Assembly (NCBI GenBank): GCA_040377305.1
Contig: JBEIPA010000021.1
Location: 1-64,000, forward strand
Direction of reading: 5' to 3'
DNA from: Flavobacteriales bacterium
GTDB lineage: Bacteria > Bacteroidota > Bacteroidia > Palsa-965
Length of the DNA: 64,000 nt
Below are positions 38,424-47,952 of the stretch, in pieces. A program made the position numbers and the translations under genes. Each line of letters begins with the position of its first letter. Positions within the stretch are counted from its first letter, which is position 1. The notes below the pieces were generated by a model. It did no database searches and was not told the origin of the DNA. It was given only the letters and a program-made list of their open reading frames with translations.

Positions 38424-41400
38424 AGGGAAGTTCGATAATAAATTCTGTTCCAACGTTTAATTCACTTGCAATGCGTATGGTCCCACCGAGTGTTTCAACT
38501 TGTGTTTTCACCATAAAAAGGCCAAGTCCTTTTCCTTCTGTGTGATCGTGAAAGCGCTTGTAAAGTCCAAAAACCTGGGAAGCGTGTTTTGAAAGGTCGA
38601 TCCCGATTCCATTGTCTGCGAAGTATATTCTGACGTTAGAATCGTCCGACTCACTTCGGATAGTAATGTTCGGAGGAATTCCGCGCTGCTGGTATTTGAT
38701 ACTATTCGATATCAGGTTGTAAAATATACTGTACAGATAGCTGCGTATTGCGAATATGCCGTCTTGTTGACTGAAGTCAGTTGCAATTCGAACATCTTTG
38801 TTCTCCATTACAGTTTGAATGCTTGACTTGATAGTTTCTACAAGCTCGTTAAAATGAACCGTTTCCTTATATTCATTAATCTCGGCTTTAGCCTGGAGAA
38901 TAACGTTGAGATCTTTAAGCATTATATCCAGCTGTGCTGCTGCGCTAAACAAGTATTCTTGAGTTTGTGTTCTTTCTTGTTCCGACAGTTTATTCTTCAT
39001 CACATTTGATAGTCCGAGGATATGTGCTACGGGCGAACGCAGGTTGTGAGAGATGATTGCCGTGAACTGTTCCAGATTCTTGGTATGCTGAACCAGATTA
39101 CTTATCATTTTCTCGCGTTCTGCTTCGACCAATTTTCTCTCAGTAACATCATGCATAACGCCGAGAAGTCGAACGGGTTTCTTATTACTATCAAACTCAA
39201 ATTTTCGTTCGGTATAGCCATATCTTAATTCTCCGTCTTTTCGGATAAATCTGAAGTTGTATGAAATGGCATCGTACGACGTAAAAGCAATCCCAACATC
39301 TGAGGTCACCTTCTCAATGTCATCTGGATGAATGAAAGACAGGAAAAGCTCCTGTGACGGTATCGGATTCGGATCGTCTATTCCAAACAAAGAGAACATT
39401 TCCTCGGACCAGGTGTGAACATTCGTAGCGAAATCTATCTCCCAGTTTCCCACATGAGAAATAGCCTGCGCTTCTTTCAGAAGCGACTCACTTTTCCGGA
39501 GATTTTCTTCGGCAAGTTTACGTTCTGATATATCCTGGTGCGACACGACAACCATAGGTACGTTGCTTTCCAATTTGAGAATAGTCAGCCCAAACCATCT
39601 TTTCACACGCGGTGAATTACATGGGTATTCCATGTAGTAGTCGCTCTTGTCACCATTCATAACTTCCTTAATTCCGAACAGTGCTTCGGCGGCACCCTTG
39701 GAATTCGCGAGGATGGATTTTTCGCAGACCTCGAAATAATTCGAGCCTACACCTGTGCTCAGCAATGTACTGTCTCCGTTCTCGTTGGAGAATCGGTCCC
39801 AGGAAGCATTAACCGCTACAATGGTTCCTGTTGAATCTATAACAGCAATGTGAGAACTCAAGGAATTGAGTACACCATTGGTAAACGCTTCACTTTGTCT
39901 GAGTTTCTCTTCGGCGATTTTCGACTTTGTAATATCTCTGGAGTGACAGGCAGCTCCAACTATCTCTTCACCTTTGCGAATTGGCGAATAAGAGATTTCC
40001 GTCCAGAATTCAAAAGGTTGCTGAAAGTGACTTATTTCCCGGTACGATTCACCGGCGAATGCCCGCTCATACAGATGCTGAAAATGGGTATACATTTCAG
40101 GGGTATACGAAACGTTAAGAATGCTTTCTCCTTTTTGAAGGACGTAACCAAAGTTGACCTTACTCATCTCGTCGAATGACAAATTGGATGTAATCAGGTT
40201 AAACTCCCGATCTACACTCCACATCAGATCGTCCGTGTTATTGATCAGCGCACTTAAATTGTTTTGGTCAAATTCTTTTTGTTGTTCAGCGTGCTTGCGG
40301 TCTGAAACATCCCTGAAGTTGGATACTAAGGAATTGATACCTGGTTCATCGAGCATATTGGTGATGGTACCTTCACACCATTTCCATGTACCGTTCTTAT
40401 GCTTCAATCTCATCTTAAGTTCAAAAGGCATTCCTCTGGTATTAAGAAGATGAACTCTTTTCTTTGCATATTCCTCCTTCTCATCCGGATGAAGTATGTC
40501 GAAAACATTCATACGAAGTATCTCCAGTGGTTCATACCCCATGGTATGTGATGCAGAAGGACTGGCATAAGTGAAGTTTCCTTCCTGTGTACTAAACGTT
40601 TTTATGTCTGTTCCCTTTTCGACCAGGACCCGAAATCTCGTTTCATTGACTTGTAATTTGAAGTCCGTCTCCTTTTGTTGAGATTCTTTCTCGAAAAGTT
40701 CCAGCGCAAAGGAAATATCATTGGTTAGCTCAATGAGTAATTTTATTTCATCCGCACCCGCAAAGTTTATTTCACTTGAAAACAGATTGAAAGTACCAAT
40801 GATTTTTCCCGACTTTCTGATCGGAAGAACCAGAAAGGAATTAATGTTTCGTTGAAGCGCGTATTCTTGCAAACCACCTTTGATCTCCGAATGGAGTACA
40901 TCGTTACAGATATAATATTTTCCGGTGTTCAGTACTGTAAATTGAGGTTCATCTGTTGTGTATGAAGCGTCAGTGAAAAGTTTAATGTCCTCAAAGGGTA
41001 CTCCCGATTGTTCAGCAAGTGTTATGGTTTGATTTTCCGGGTTGAATATTCCAATCCAAGCCATCTTAAATTTGCCAAACTCAATTGCTAATCGGCACGA
41101 GTTACGGAAAAGAGATGTTTCATTCGGAACGCGTACAATGTTCTGATTGACCTGACTGATGAAGGCATATAGGTGATTGGCTTTGTTCAGTTTCTCAGCG
41201 GTGATCACTTTCTCCATCTGGTCATCAGCTTCCTGTAATGCCCTGTTGATTTTATCCGGAAGTGTATAAAGCGAGTCTTTCAATACGTAATCGTTCGCTC
41301 CATTCCTGATTAATTGAGCTGCCTTTTCTTCTCCAACTGTACCCGTCACAAAAATAAATGGAGTGTCGGGCGCCATGTCTTGCTTGAGCTTAAATGCCCG

Positions 41401-41601
41401 TTTACCGTCAAAGGATGGAAAGGTGTAGTCGGACAAGATAATGTCTGGAGAGAATTCTTTAAGCGCATTTACGTAAGTGCTTTCGGTGTATACAACAAGT
41501 GAGAGATAGTTGAGACCACTCCTGTGTAGCACGTGAATAATCAGGTCAACATCGCTTTGGCTGTGCTCAACAATCAGAATTTTGATGACGTTTCTAGTCA
41601 T
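38410..41601 (-). CDS. Hybrid signalling kinase REC-GAF-multi-PAS-HisKA-HATPase
   Basis: N-terminal REC ('ILSDY', 'GANDYVLK'), a GAF domain, several PAS/PAC segments ('HPDE', 'HPDD', 'DVTERK'), 'SHNLRSP', 'NLISNSIKY' and 'GKGLGL'. Confidence 0.92.
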   Translation of the reverse strand: MTRNVIKILIVEHSQSDVDLIIHVLHRSGLNYLSLVVYTESTYVNALKEFSPDIILSDYTFPSFDGKRAFKLKQDMAPDTPFIFVTGTVGEEKAAQLIRNGANDYVLKDSLYTLPDKINRALQEADDQMEKVITAEKLNKANHLYAFISQVNQNIVRVPNETSLFRNSCRLAIEFGKFKMAWIGIFNPENQTITLAEQSGVPFEDIKLFTDASYTTDEPQFTVLNTGKYYICNDVLHSEIKGGLQEYALQRNINSFLVLPIRKSGKIIGTFNLFSSEINFAGADEIKLLIELTNDISFALELFEKESQQKETDFKLQVNETRFRVLVEKGTDIKTFSTQEGNFTYASPSASHTMGYEPLEILRMNVFDILHPDEKEEYAKKRVHLLNTRGMPFELKMRLKHKNGTWKWCEGTITNMLDEPGINSLVSNFRDVSDRKHAEQQKEFDQNNLSALINNTDDLMWSVDREFNLITSNLSFDEMSKVNFGYVLQKGESILNVSYTPEMYTHFQHLYERAFAGESYREISHFQQPFEFWTEISYSPIRKGEEIVGAACHSRDITKSKIAEEKLRQSEAFTNGVLNSLSSHIAVIDSTGTIVAVNASWDRFSNENGDSTLLSTGVGSNYFEVCEKSILANSKGAAEALFGIKEVMNGDKSDYYMEYPCNSPRVKRWFGLTILKLESNVPMVVVSHQDISERKLAEENLRKSESLLKEAQAISHVGNWEIDFATNVHTWSEEMFSLFGIDDPNPIPSQELFLSFIHPDDIEKVTSDVGIAFTSYDAISYNFRFIRKDGELRYGYTERKFEFDSNKKPVRLLGVMHDVTERKLVEAEREKMISNLVQHTKNLEQFTAIISHNLRSPVAHILGLSNVMKNKLSEQERTQTQEYLFSAAAQLDIMLKDLNVILQAKAEINEYKETVHFNELVETIKSSIQTVMENKDVRIATDFSQQDGIFAIRSYLYSIFYNLISNSIKYQQRGIPPNITIRSESDDSNVRIYFADNGIGIDLSKHASQVFGLYKRFHDHTEGKGLGLFMVKTQVETLGGTIRIASELNVGTEFIIELPYEKR

Positions 41602-41603
41602 GA

Positions 41604-42041
41604 TTAGCTCGATTTCTGATTAGTGATCGTCCAGAACAAGCCCAGGCGTGAAATTGCCTTTTGAAATTCGTCGAATTCAACGGGTTTTACAACGTAGCTA
41701 TTCGCACCGAGGGCATAGCATTTTTTAATATCGGGGTCTTCTTTTGATGAAGTAAGAATTACAATTGGAATTGTTTTGGTTCTTTCATCTGCGCGAACTG
41801 CTTCCAGCACTTCGATGCCATTCACTTTCGGCATTTTTAGATCCAACAAGATGACCCTTGGCTTATCTTCAACACTTCTGGCCGAGAATTCACCTTGGGC
41901 GAAAATGAAATCCAGCGCTTCTGCGCCATCTCGAACGTGCAGAAGTTTATTTGAAAGATTGTTTTCTTTCAAAGCGGAGATCGTCATTTCGGCGTCGCTG
42001 GCACTGTCTTCAACCAACAGGATATCTACAGAATGTATCAT
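41604..42041 (-). CDS. Rcp1/CheY-like response regulator
   Basis: 'ILLVEDS', 'LLDLKMP' and '[10 protein letters not shown]'. Start reassigned to ATG 42041. Confidence 0.92.
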   Translation of the reverse strand: MIHSVDILLVEDSASDAEMTISALKENNLSNKLLHVRDGAEALDFIFAQGEFSARSVEDKPRVILLDLKMPKVNGIEVLEAVRADERTKTIPIVILTSSKEDPDIKKCYALGANSYVVKPVEFDEFQKAISRLGLFWTITNQKSS

Positions 42042-42045
42042 AGGA

Positions 42046-43695
42046 TTATGAATTTGGCAATGTGAAATAAAACGTAGCACCTGCGTCGACTTTGGCTTCG
42101 GCCCATACGCGTCCATCGTGTTTGGCAATAATCCTTTGAACAATTGCGAGACCAACACCAGTACCCTCAAATTCATCTTCTGAATGCAGACGCTGGAAAA
42201 CTCCGAACAACTTTTTCACATAGCGCATATCGAAACCGGCGCCATTATCTTTTATTGAATAGATGATTTCTTCACCTTTTGATTCTGAATCGATTTCAAT
42301 AATTGCTTGTTCCCTTTGGCTCGTGTATTTGATAGCATTTGAAACCAGATTTGTCCAGACTTGTTTCATGGCAACTGTATCTGCACTGGCTGCAAGAAGT
42401 GGTGATATTCTGATTTCAATGTTCCTGCTGTCAAATACGTTTTTAAGTTCATCGCAGAGATTGGTCACGAGATCGTTCATGGAAATCTGCACTTTCACAA
42501 GTTCTTTTCTTCCGAGTCGTGAAAATGTAAGCAGATCATCAATCAATTGACCCATTTTCTTGGCGTTGTTAATGATGTTGCCTACGAGACGATGGATTTC
42601 CGGATCGACCTGTTGAACTTCTATTTCTTTGAGCATGCGGGCGTAACCATGAACGGCGCGAAGAGGTGCACGCAGATCATGAGATACCGAATAAGAAAAA
42701 GCTTCCAGTTCCTTATTAGCAGCTTCTAGCTTTGCCGTACGATCTATTTTTTCCTGATTCTGAACTGCAAGTTCTTTGTTAGCAATTAATAGTTCTGCGG
42801 CTCTTTTCTCTTTCTCTTCATTCTGAAAAGCAAGCTCAATATTTGCAATGAGTAGTTCTGCTTCCCGCTTTTCTTTTTCCTTATTTTGGTAAGCAAGTTT
42901 CTTGTTTGCGGCGATCAGTTCAATCGCTTTTTTCGCGTTCTCTTCATTTTGAATGGCCAAGTCTGCATTGGCAGTACTTAGTTCTGCGGCTCTTTTTTCC
43001 TTCTCTTTATTTTGAAAAACGAGCTCTATGTTTGCAATGCTAAGTTCTGCCGCGCGCTTCTCTTTTTCTTTATTCTGAAAAGCAAGTTCTTTATTGGCAA
43101 TTCCCAATTCACCGCTACGTTTTTCTTTCTCGGTATTTTGAAACAGAAGTTCCGTATTGGCAATTGCCAGTTCTGCGGCCCGCTTTTCTTTCTCCTCATT
43201 TTGAAAAATGAGCTCAATGTTTGCAAGGTGCAATTCGGCTGCTCTCTTTTCTTTCTCCTTGTTCTGAAAACTGAGTTCTTTATTTGCAATGACTAATTCA
43301 GCCGCTCGCTTCTCTTTCCTTGCATTTTGAAAAGCAAGTTCCTTGTTGGCAATTAGCAACTCAGCAGCACGCTCCTCTTTCTCGTGATTCTGAAATGCAA
43401 GTTCCCGATTGGCAATGATCAGTTCCGCAGCGCGTTTTTCTTTTTCCTTATTCTGAAATGCAAGTTCTCGATTGGCAATTACCAGTTCATCTGCCCGCTT
43501 TTCCTTCTCTGTCTGCTGAAACGCTAATTCTTCGTGGGCAATCGTTAGTTCCGCCGCTCTCTTTGCCTTTTCTTCATTCTGAAAAGCATATTCATTTCGA
43601 TCAATGATCAATTCACCATGAGGCTTCTGCCCTTTGGCTTCCTTGGAGTTTTTCTTCGGATCAGGTGGGTTACTTTTCGATACGTGTAGGGGCAT
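42046..43695 (-). CDS. Cph1/BphP-type histidine kinase with 14 tandem 21-aa coiled-coil repeats and no sensor domain
   Basis: H-box '[11 protein letters not shown]', 'NLVSNAIKY', 'DNGAGFD', 'FQRLH' and 'GTGVGLA'. The N-terminal region is (ELxIANxELxFQNxEKEKRAA)x14. Confidence 0.92.
   Translation of the reverse strand: MPLHVSKSNPPDPKKNSKEAKGQKPHGELIIDRNEYAFQNEEKAKRAAELTIAHEELAFQQTEKEKRADELVIANRELAFQNKEKEKRAAELIIANRELAFQNHEKEERAAELLIANKELAFQNARKEKRAAELVIANKELSFQNKEKEKRAAELHLANIELIFQNEEKEKRAAELAIANTELLFQNTEKEKRSGELGIANKELAFQNKEKEKRAAELSIANIELVFQNKEKEKRAAELSTANADLAIQNEENAKKAIELIAANKKLAYQNKEKEKREAELLIANIELAFQNEEKEKRAAELLIANKELAVQNQEKIDRTAKLEAANKELEAFSYSVSHDLRAPLRAVHGYARMLKEIEVQQVDPEIHRLVGNIINNAKKMGQLIDDLLTFSRLGRKELVKVQISMNDLVTNLCDELKNVFDSRNIEIRISPLLAASADTVAMKQVWTNLVSNAIKYTSQREQAIIEIDSESKGEEIIYSIKDNGAGFDMRYVKKLFGVFQRLHSEDEFEGTGVGLAIVQRIIAKHDGRVWAEAKVDAGATFYFTLPNS
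42733..43614 (-). repeat. Intragenic 63-bp tandem repeat x14
   Basis: 14 consecutive gap-free 21-codon units counted in the translation. Confidence 0.95.
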
Positions 43696-44011
43696 AAAAT
43701 GACGAATAAAATAGTTTAACACGTTCAACCAAAGGGTCAGTCGTACGTATCTGTTAACCTGAGATTTTCTCAAGTTGAGAAGATCAATGTCTCTGCGATT
43801 AGCTGGAAAAAGTCACCTATCAAAAGCAGTAGATAGGGACTGGAAGAATAGGTTGTCAAACAGATCACATATTCATACGTGACACAGTTTTAGTAGATGT
43901 ATGTGTTACAACCCTATGGTGAAGATACATGTACTTGCTGCGGGAACTTGTACATAATTCACTGATAGCTTACATGATACGGGAATCGTAGAGGGAATTC
44001 CCCAAAGACAG

Positions 44012-46591
44012 TTAATCTTCGAGCTCAGTTTGTTTTTCGAGCTTATCCTGATTCACCAGCGTATTCATGGAAATGAAACGAAGCGATTCTTTTAACTCAG
44101 ATTCGGTTTTCGTCGTTGTAATTTCCACTTTGACCGACATGCCAGGAAGGAGATCAAACCCATTGGAAGAGAAAGTTGTGTTCGGGTCATCGCACACGAT
44201 CATTACATTTCGGATATAGTCGTTCGAAGAAAGCGTAATCGCCATCGGTCCTTCTTTGATGTATCGGACGAATGAATACTTTGGTTGAACATCAGGGTAG
44301 TTGTGGTCAATTTCTTTTCCAATACTTGTATGATCGTAAACCGGCGCAATTGGTGTTGCACTATTGGTGGCAACGAACGACGCTGTCAGAAACCCATCTT
44401 CAGCCCTGAGTGAAACCAACATGGCTGTTTTCTTCATAGCACCATAGCGCACAGATGAATTTTCATTAACTGCAATATCCTGCTTGAACTCAAGTTGACT
44501 CATTCCTTTAAAGTTCCGCCAATTGACCAACAATGTTCCCGTGTACGAAGCCGATGAATTATTGACCACCCAAACGTACACCGAATCTTCCGTTTGTTCC
44601 AGGCTCACCAGTAACGGCTGGTAAAGTCTGGCCAATTCATACCACGCCAGTTTCTTCCGTCCATAATAATCCTGCACCGACCACGAAGTCGCCGGCCAGC
44701 AATCATTATACTGCCAGAACAAAGAACCCATACACGTCGGGAAATTTCTGCGTTGTGCCTCAATTGCAGTGGAGAGTGCATCTTTCTGCATGCTTTGAGT
44801 GAGATACACATACTGCTCAAACGAATTCGGTGTCAATCCATAATCACGCTTCATGTATTCCGAAATTGTTTGAAAGCCGGTTGGATGTTTCTGATGAGCA
44901 TTGATTGTACTATCCTGGAACCAGAACTTTATATTGGCACCCATTTCTTTGAAGGTGTGAATGGATGGCGCACTCTGAAATCCAAATTCAGAAACAAATC
45001 TTCCGGTGTGATCTTCGTAAGACGAGAATGGCTCATTGCCCCACCAAACGCCCCAGTAGTGAACATCACCTTGCGTGTACGCTACTTCTCGTCCCCAGCC
45101 ATTCTGTGGTGAACTCATTACGTAAGGAAAGAACGGATCGTGTTGTGCGACGCAGCCCATGAACTTCAGACTGTAGTTGAAGTAATCGTTGTAGATTTTC
45201 GCAGAATCTTCCTTGCTATATCCGAACTCGCGCTGCCAACCCCAATTAAACCATCCTTCTTTGTTTTCATTGTCGCCACACCAAAGTGCAATGGAAGGAT
45301 GTGATGCAATTCGTCTTACGTTCTGCGTGACTTCTTTCGTGAGCAGATTGTCCTTGTCGAGCGTTTGATACGGATACATGCTGCATGCAAAAGGAAGATC
45401 CTGCCAAACCATCAATCCAAGCGAATCACACTGGGAATAGAAATGGTCCGACTCATAAATTCCGCCACCCCACACCCGAACCATGTTCATGTTCAGATCA
45501 CGCATATCCGTTAATTGCGCTGATACTTTTGAATTCAGCACGCGCGGAAGAAAATTATCCGATGGAATCCAGTTCGAGCCCATGGCATACACCAGTTTGT
45601 CGTTGAGCACAAATGCAAAGCTGCCGTTGCTGTTGAGCATATCTGTGGTCAGCTCGATCTTGCGGATTCCGGTTACCGTTGCAACCGCCACAACTTTCCT
45701 CCTTCGGAATGTTGCCACAGTGAATTTGTACAGATTCTGTTCACCCATTCCGTTACACCACCAAAGTTTTGGATGCGCAACGCGGAACGTAATCTTAAGA
45801 TGCTGCGGTTTATTTTTCTTCACGGAATAGAAATCAGAATAGATTCCGCTGTCGTTCTGAAAAACAAGGAACTGGTATTTACCTGCTTTGTCGGCTTCGA
45901 ATGTAAAATCTACCGTTACGAAAGCTGTGTCTTTGTCAATGAAATCGGTTTTGTAAACGACATCAGTGATTCGCATTTCACTCCATCCAACAATACGAAC
46001 CGGTTTCCAGATTCCGCAGGTTACAAATCGCGGACCCCAATCCCAACCGAACTGATATTGTGCTTTGCGAATGAAAACACGATCACCACCGGGATATTTC
46101 TTGATTGACGAAAGTGCTTTGTTTCTCTCAATGAGTTTAGAAGCCGGTTCGAAGCGGACGACCAGTTTGTTGTTCGCCTTGATGAGACTTTTTACGTCAA
46201 TCTTGTAAGACAGAAACATGTCTTCGCCGGTGAACAAATATTCTCCATTCAGGTAGACCGAACAATAGGTATCGAGTCCATCGAACTGCAATTCGATATG
46301 CTTCTCTCTGCGCATGGTTCGTGAGCATTCGAAGTTCACCTCGTAAATCCAGGTTACGCTGTCAATCCATTGCAACTTTGATTCATTGGTGCCAATGAAT
46401 GGATCTTCAATAAGCTTGTTGGTGAAAAGGTCGGTGTGAATGGTGCCCGGAACAGTAGCAGGATAATTGGGTGCCAGAATTGTTCCGCGTTCAAATGTCC
46501 AGCCCGATTCCAGGGGCAAGGTAAAATCGGCGTAAGCAGAACAAGGAAGTAATGTTGTGAGAAAAAGAAATCGGAGGAACAGATTCCGCAT
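44012..46591 (-). CDS. GH2 beta-mannosidase
   Basis: 'RKAQYQFGWDWGP', 'NMVRVWGGGIYE', 'WCGDNE', 'RFVSEFGFQS' and 'WQYNDCWP'. Confidence 0.94.
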   Translation of the reverse strand: MRNLFLRFLFLTTLLPCSAYADFTLPLESGWTFERGTILAPNYPATVPGTIHTDLFTNKLIEDPFIGTNESKLQWIDSVTWIYEVNFECSRTMRREKHIELQFDGLDTYCSVYLNGEYLFTGEDMFLSYKIDVKSLIKANNKLVVRFEPASKLIERNKALSSIKKYPGGDRVFIRKAQYQFGWDWGPRFVTCGIWKPVRIVGWSEMRITDVVYKTDFIDKDTAFVTVDFTFEADKAGKYQFLVFQNDSGIYSDFYSVKKNKPQHLKITFRVAHPKLWWCNGMGEQNLYKFTVATFRRRKVVAVATVTGIRKIELTTDMLNSNGSFAFVLNDKLVYAMGSNWIPSDNFLPRVLNSKVSAQLTDMRDLNMNMVRVWGGGIYESDHFYSQCDSLGLMVWQDLPFACSMYPYQTLDKDNLLTKEVTQNVRRIASHPSIALWCGDNENKEGWFNWGWQREFGYSKEDSAKIYNDYFNYSLKFMGCVAQHDPFFPYVMSSPQNGWGREVAYTQGDVHYWGVWWGNEPFSSYEDHTGRFVSEFGFQSAPSIHTFKEMGANIKFWFQDSTINAHQKHPTGFQTISEYMKRDYGLTPNSFEQYVYLTQSMQKDALSTAIEAQRRNFPTCMGSLFWQYNDCWPATSWSVQDYYGRKKLAWYELARLYQPLLVSLEQTEDSVYVWVVNNSSASYTGTLLVNWRNFKGMSQLEFKQDIAVNENSSVRYGAMKKTAMLVSLRAEDGFLTASFVATNSATPIAPVYDHTSIGKEIDHNYPDVQPKYSFVRYIKEGPMAITLSSNDYIRNVMIVCDDPNTTFSSNGFDLLPGMSVKVEITTTKTESELKESLRFISMNTLVNQDKLEKQTELED

Positions 46592-46599
46592 CAACAAAT

Positions 46600-47325
46600 C
46601 TAAGGTTTCAGCTTGGATTTCATATCGCGGATGAAATCAGGATCGGGTAGAACGTGTATGCCAAATCCTGAATCGGGCGCCATGAACTTCTTCCGCGCTG
46701 ATGCATGGAATTCGTTGCAGGTTGTTTGAGACGCAATGGCCGTAATGTTCGCCGGATTGAGTCCCCCGGCAACCAGTATGGTAATCTCATTCCCGAAATT
46801 CTCATGAAGTTTACGAAGCAACGGAATGCCCATTGCTGCAGATTTCTCCTGCGCCGAGGTCAGTACACGCTTTACGCCAAGATTAATCAGCTTCTTGATC
46901 TCTATCTGTGGGTGAATGCACACGTCAAATGCTCTGTGGAACGTTACGGGTCGACCTTCAGCAATGTGCATCACTTCTTCCATAAATTTCTCATCAATCA
47001 TGCCGTTCGACATGAGCGCACCAGTTACAATACCATCGGCTCCGGCTGCAATACTCAAGGTCATGTCGTGGAACATGATCTCTTTCTCACCTTCAGAGAA
47101 TGCAAAGTTGCCGCCTCGTGGGCGCACCATGACCTGCACAGGAATCCCAACGTTGGACTTTACATACTGGATGGTGGCTGCGGTGGGAGTGAGGCCACCT
47201 TCTACATACCCGCTGCACAATTCAATACGGTCGGCACCACATTCGGCTGCTATCAAAGCACCTTCGGGACTGAAGACCGCTATTTCTAATACTTTACTCA
47301 AGGTTGTAGGTGGCTGCTCAGTCAT
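46600..47325 (-). CDS. cutC: CutC-family TIM-barrel protein
   Basis: 'GADRIELC', 'EGGLTP', 'MVRPRGGNF', 'TFHRAFD' and 'RVLTS'. Confidence 0.93.
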   Translation of the reverse strand: MTEQPPTTLSKVLEIAVFSPEGALIAAECGADRIELCSGYVEGGLTPTAATIQYVKSNVGIPVQVMVRPRGGNFAFSEGEKEIMFHDMTLSIAAGADGIVTGALMSNGMIDEKFMEEVMHIAEGRPVTFHRAFDVCIHPQIEIKKLINLGVKRVLTSAQEKSAAMGIPLLRKLHENFGNEITILVAGGLNPANITAIASQTTCNEFHASARKKFMAPDSGFGIHVLPDPDFIRDMKSKLKP

Positions 47326-47388
47326 TGACTAAGAACCACGATTGCTAAATTAGAGTATGCATGAGTTCGGAAATTCCTTAAATGATAC

Positions 47389-47396
47389 TACTTTTG
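47389..47396 (+). promoter_or_regulatory. Bacteroidota -7 element TACTTTTG for the SET gene
   Basis: Matches the TAnnTTTG consensus upstream of ATG 47464. Confidence 0.5.
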
Positions 47397-47463
47397 CGCA
47401 CCCAATTGTTAATTGGTGGTGTCGGCTTTCCGACTTCTCACCGTAAAAAAAAGAACGCATCGT

Positions 47464-47946
47464 ATGTTGGTTGTAAAGAAGTCTAGAATCAAAGGAGCTG
47501 GTATGGGGCTCTTCACTACCAGTAAAATCCGGAAGGGTGATGTCATTGTCGAGTACAAAGGCGTAAAGTCAACCTGGGATAAGGCGATGAAAAAGTACAA
47601 GGGTGATGTCAAAGCCGCTCGCTATATCTTTCACATTACTGACAAGAATACAATTGATGCCCAGTTCACGCCTGAGGAACTTGCCCGTTACGCTAACGAT
47701 GCCGAAGCTCCTATCGGAAAGAAGAAGCCGCGTTTCAAGAACAACTCACACTACGAGGTAATCAAGAGCCGGCCGTATATCGTGGCTGCAAAAACGATTG
47801 GAGCAGGCGCTGAGATCTTTGTAGATTACTCTGGCGATTATTGGGAAGTGATGTTGGAAGAGGAAGAGGACACAAAGGCCGAGAAGAAGAAAGCGGAGAA
47901 GAAGAAATCGAAGAAGAAATCGAAGAAAAAGTCGAAGAAGAAGTAA
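47464..47946 (+). CDS. SET-domain protein (putative lysine methyltransferase) with a Lys-rich tail
   Basis: 'SRIKGAGMGLF', 'IVEYKG', 'ARYAND' and 'GAEIFVDY'. Tail AEKKKAEKKKSKKKSKKKSKKK. Confidence 0.88.
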   Translation: MLVVKKSRIKGAGMGLFTTSKIRKGDVIVEYKGVKSTWDKAMKKYKGDVKAARYIFHITDKNTIDAQFTPEELARYANDAEAPIGKKKPRFKNNSHYEVIKSRPYIVAAKTIGAGAEIFVDYSGDYWEVMLEEEEDTKAEKKKAEKKKSKKKSKKKSKKK

Positions 47947-47952
47947 ACGACT

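Noticed and set aside
42733-43614. Assembly artefact or CRISPR-like origin of the 63-bp repeats
   Set aside because: The units differ at many synonymous and variable positions, stay in frame and have no spacers, which fits a genuine protein repeat.
41604-43773. Longer ORF-track starts for the response regulator (42176) and the repeat kinase (43773); likewise 5616, 6764, 8589, 29699, 31897, 47413, 52088
   Set aside because: The extensions overlap neighbouring genes, promoters, operators or terminators, or precede the family-typical N-terminus. Downstream ATGs fit better.
43951-43978. Direct repeat TACATAAT/TACATGAT with 20-bp period upstream of the kinase cluster
   Set aside because: Too short to distinguish from chance, and no cognate DNA-binding regulator is nearby.
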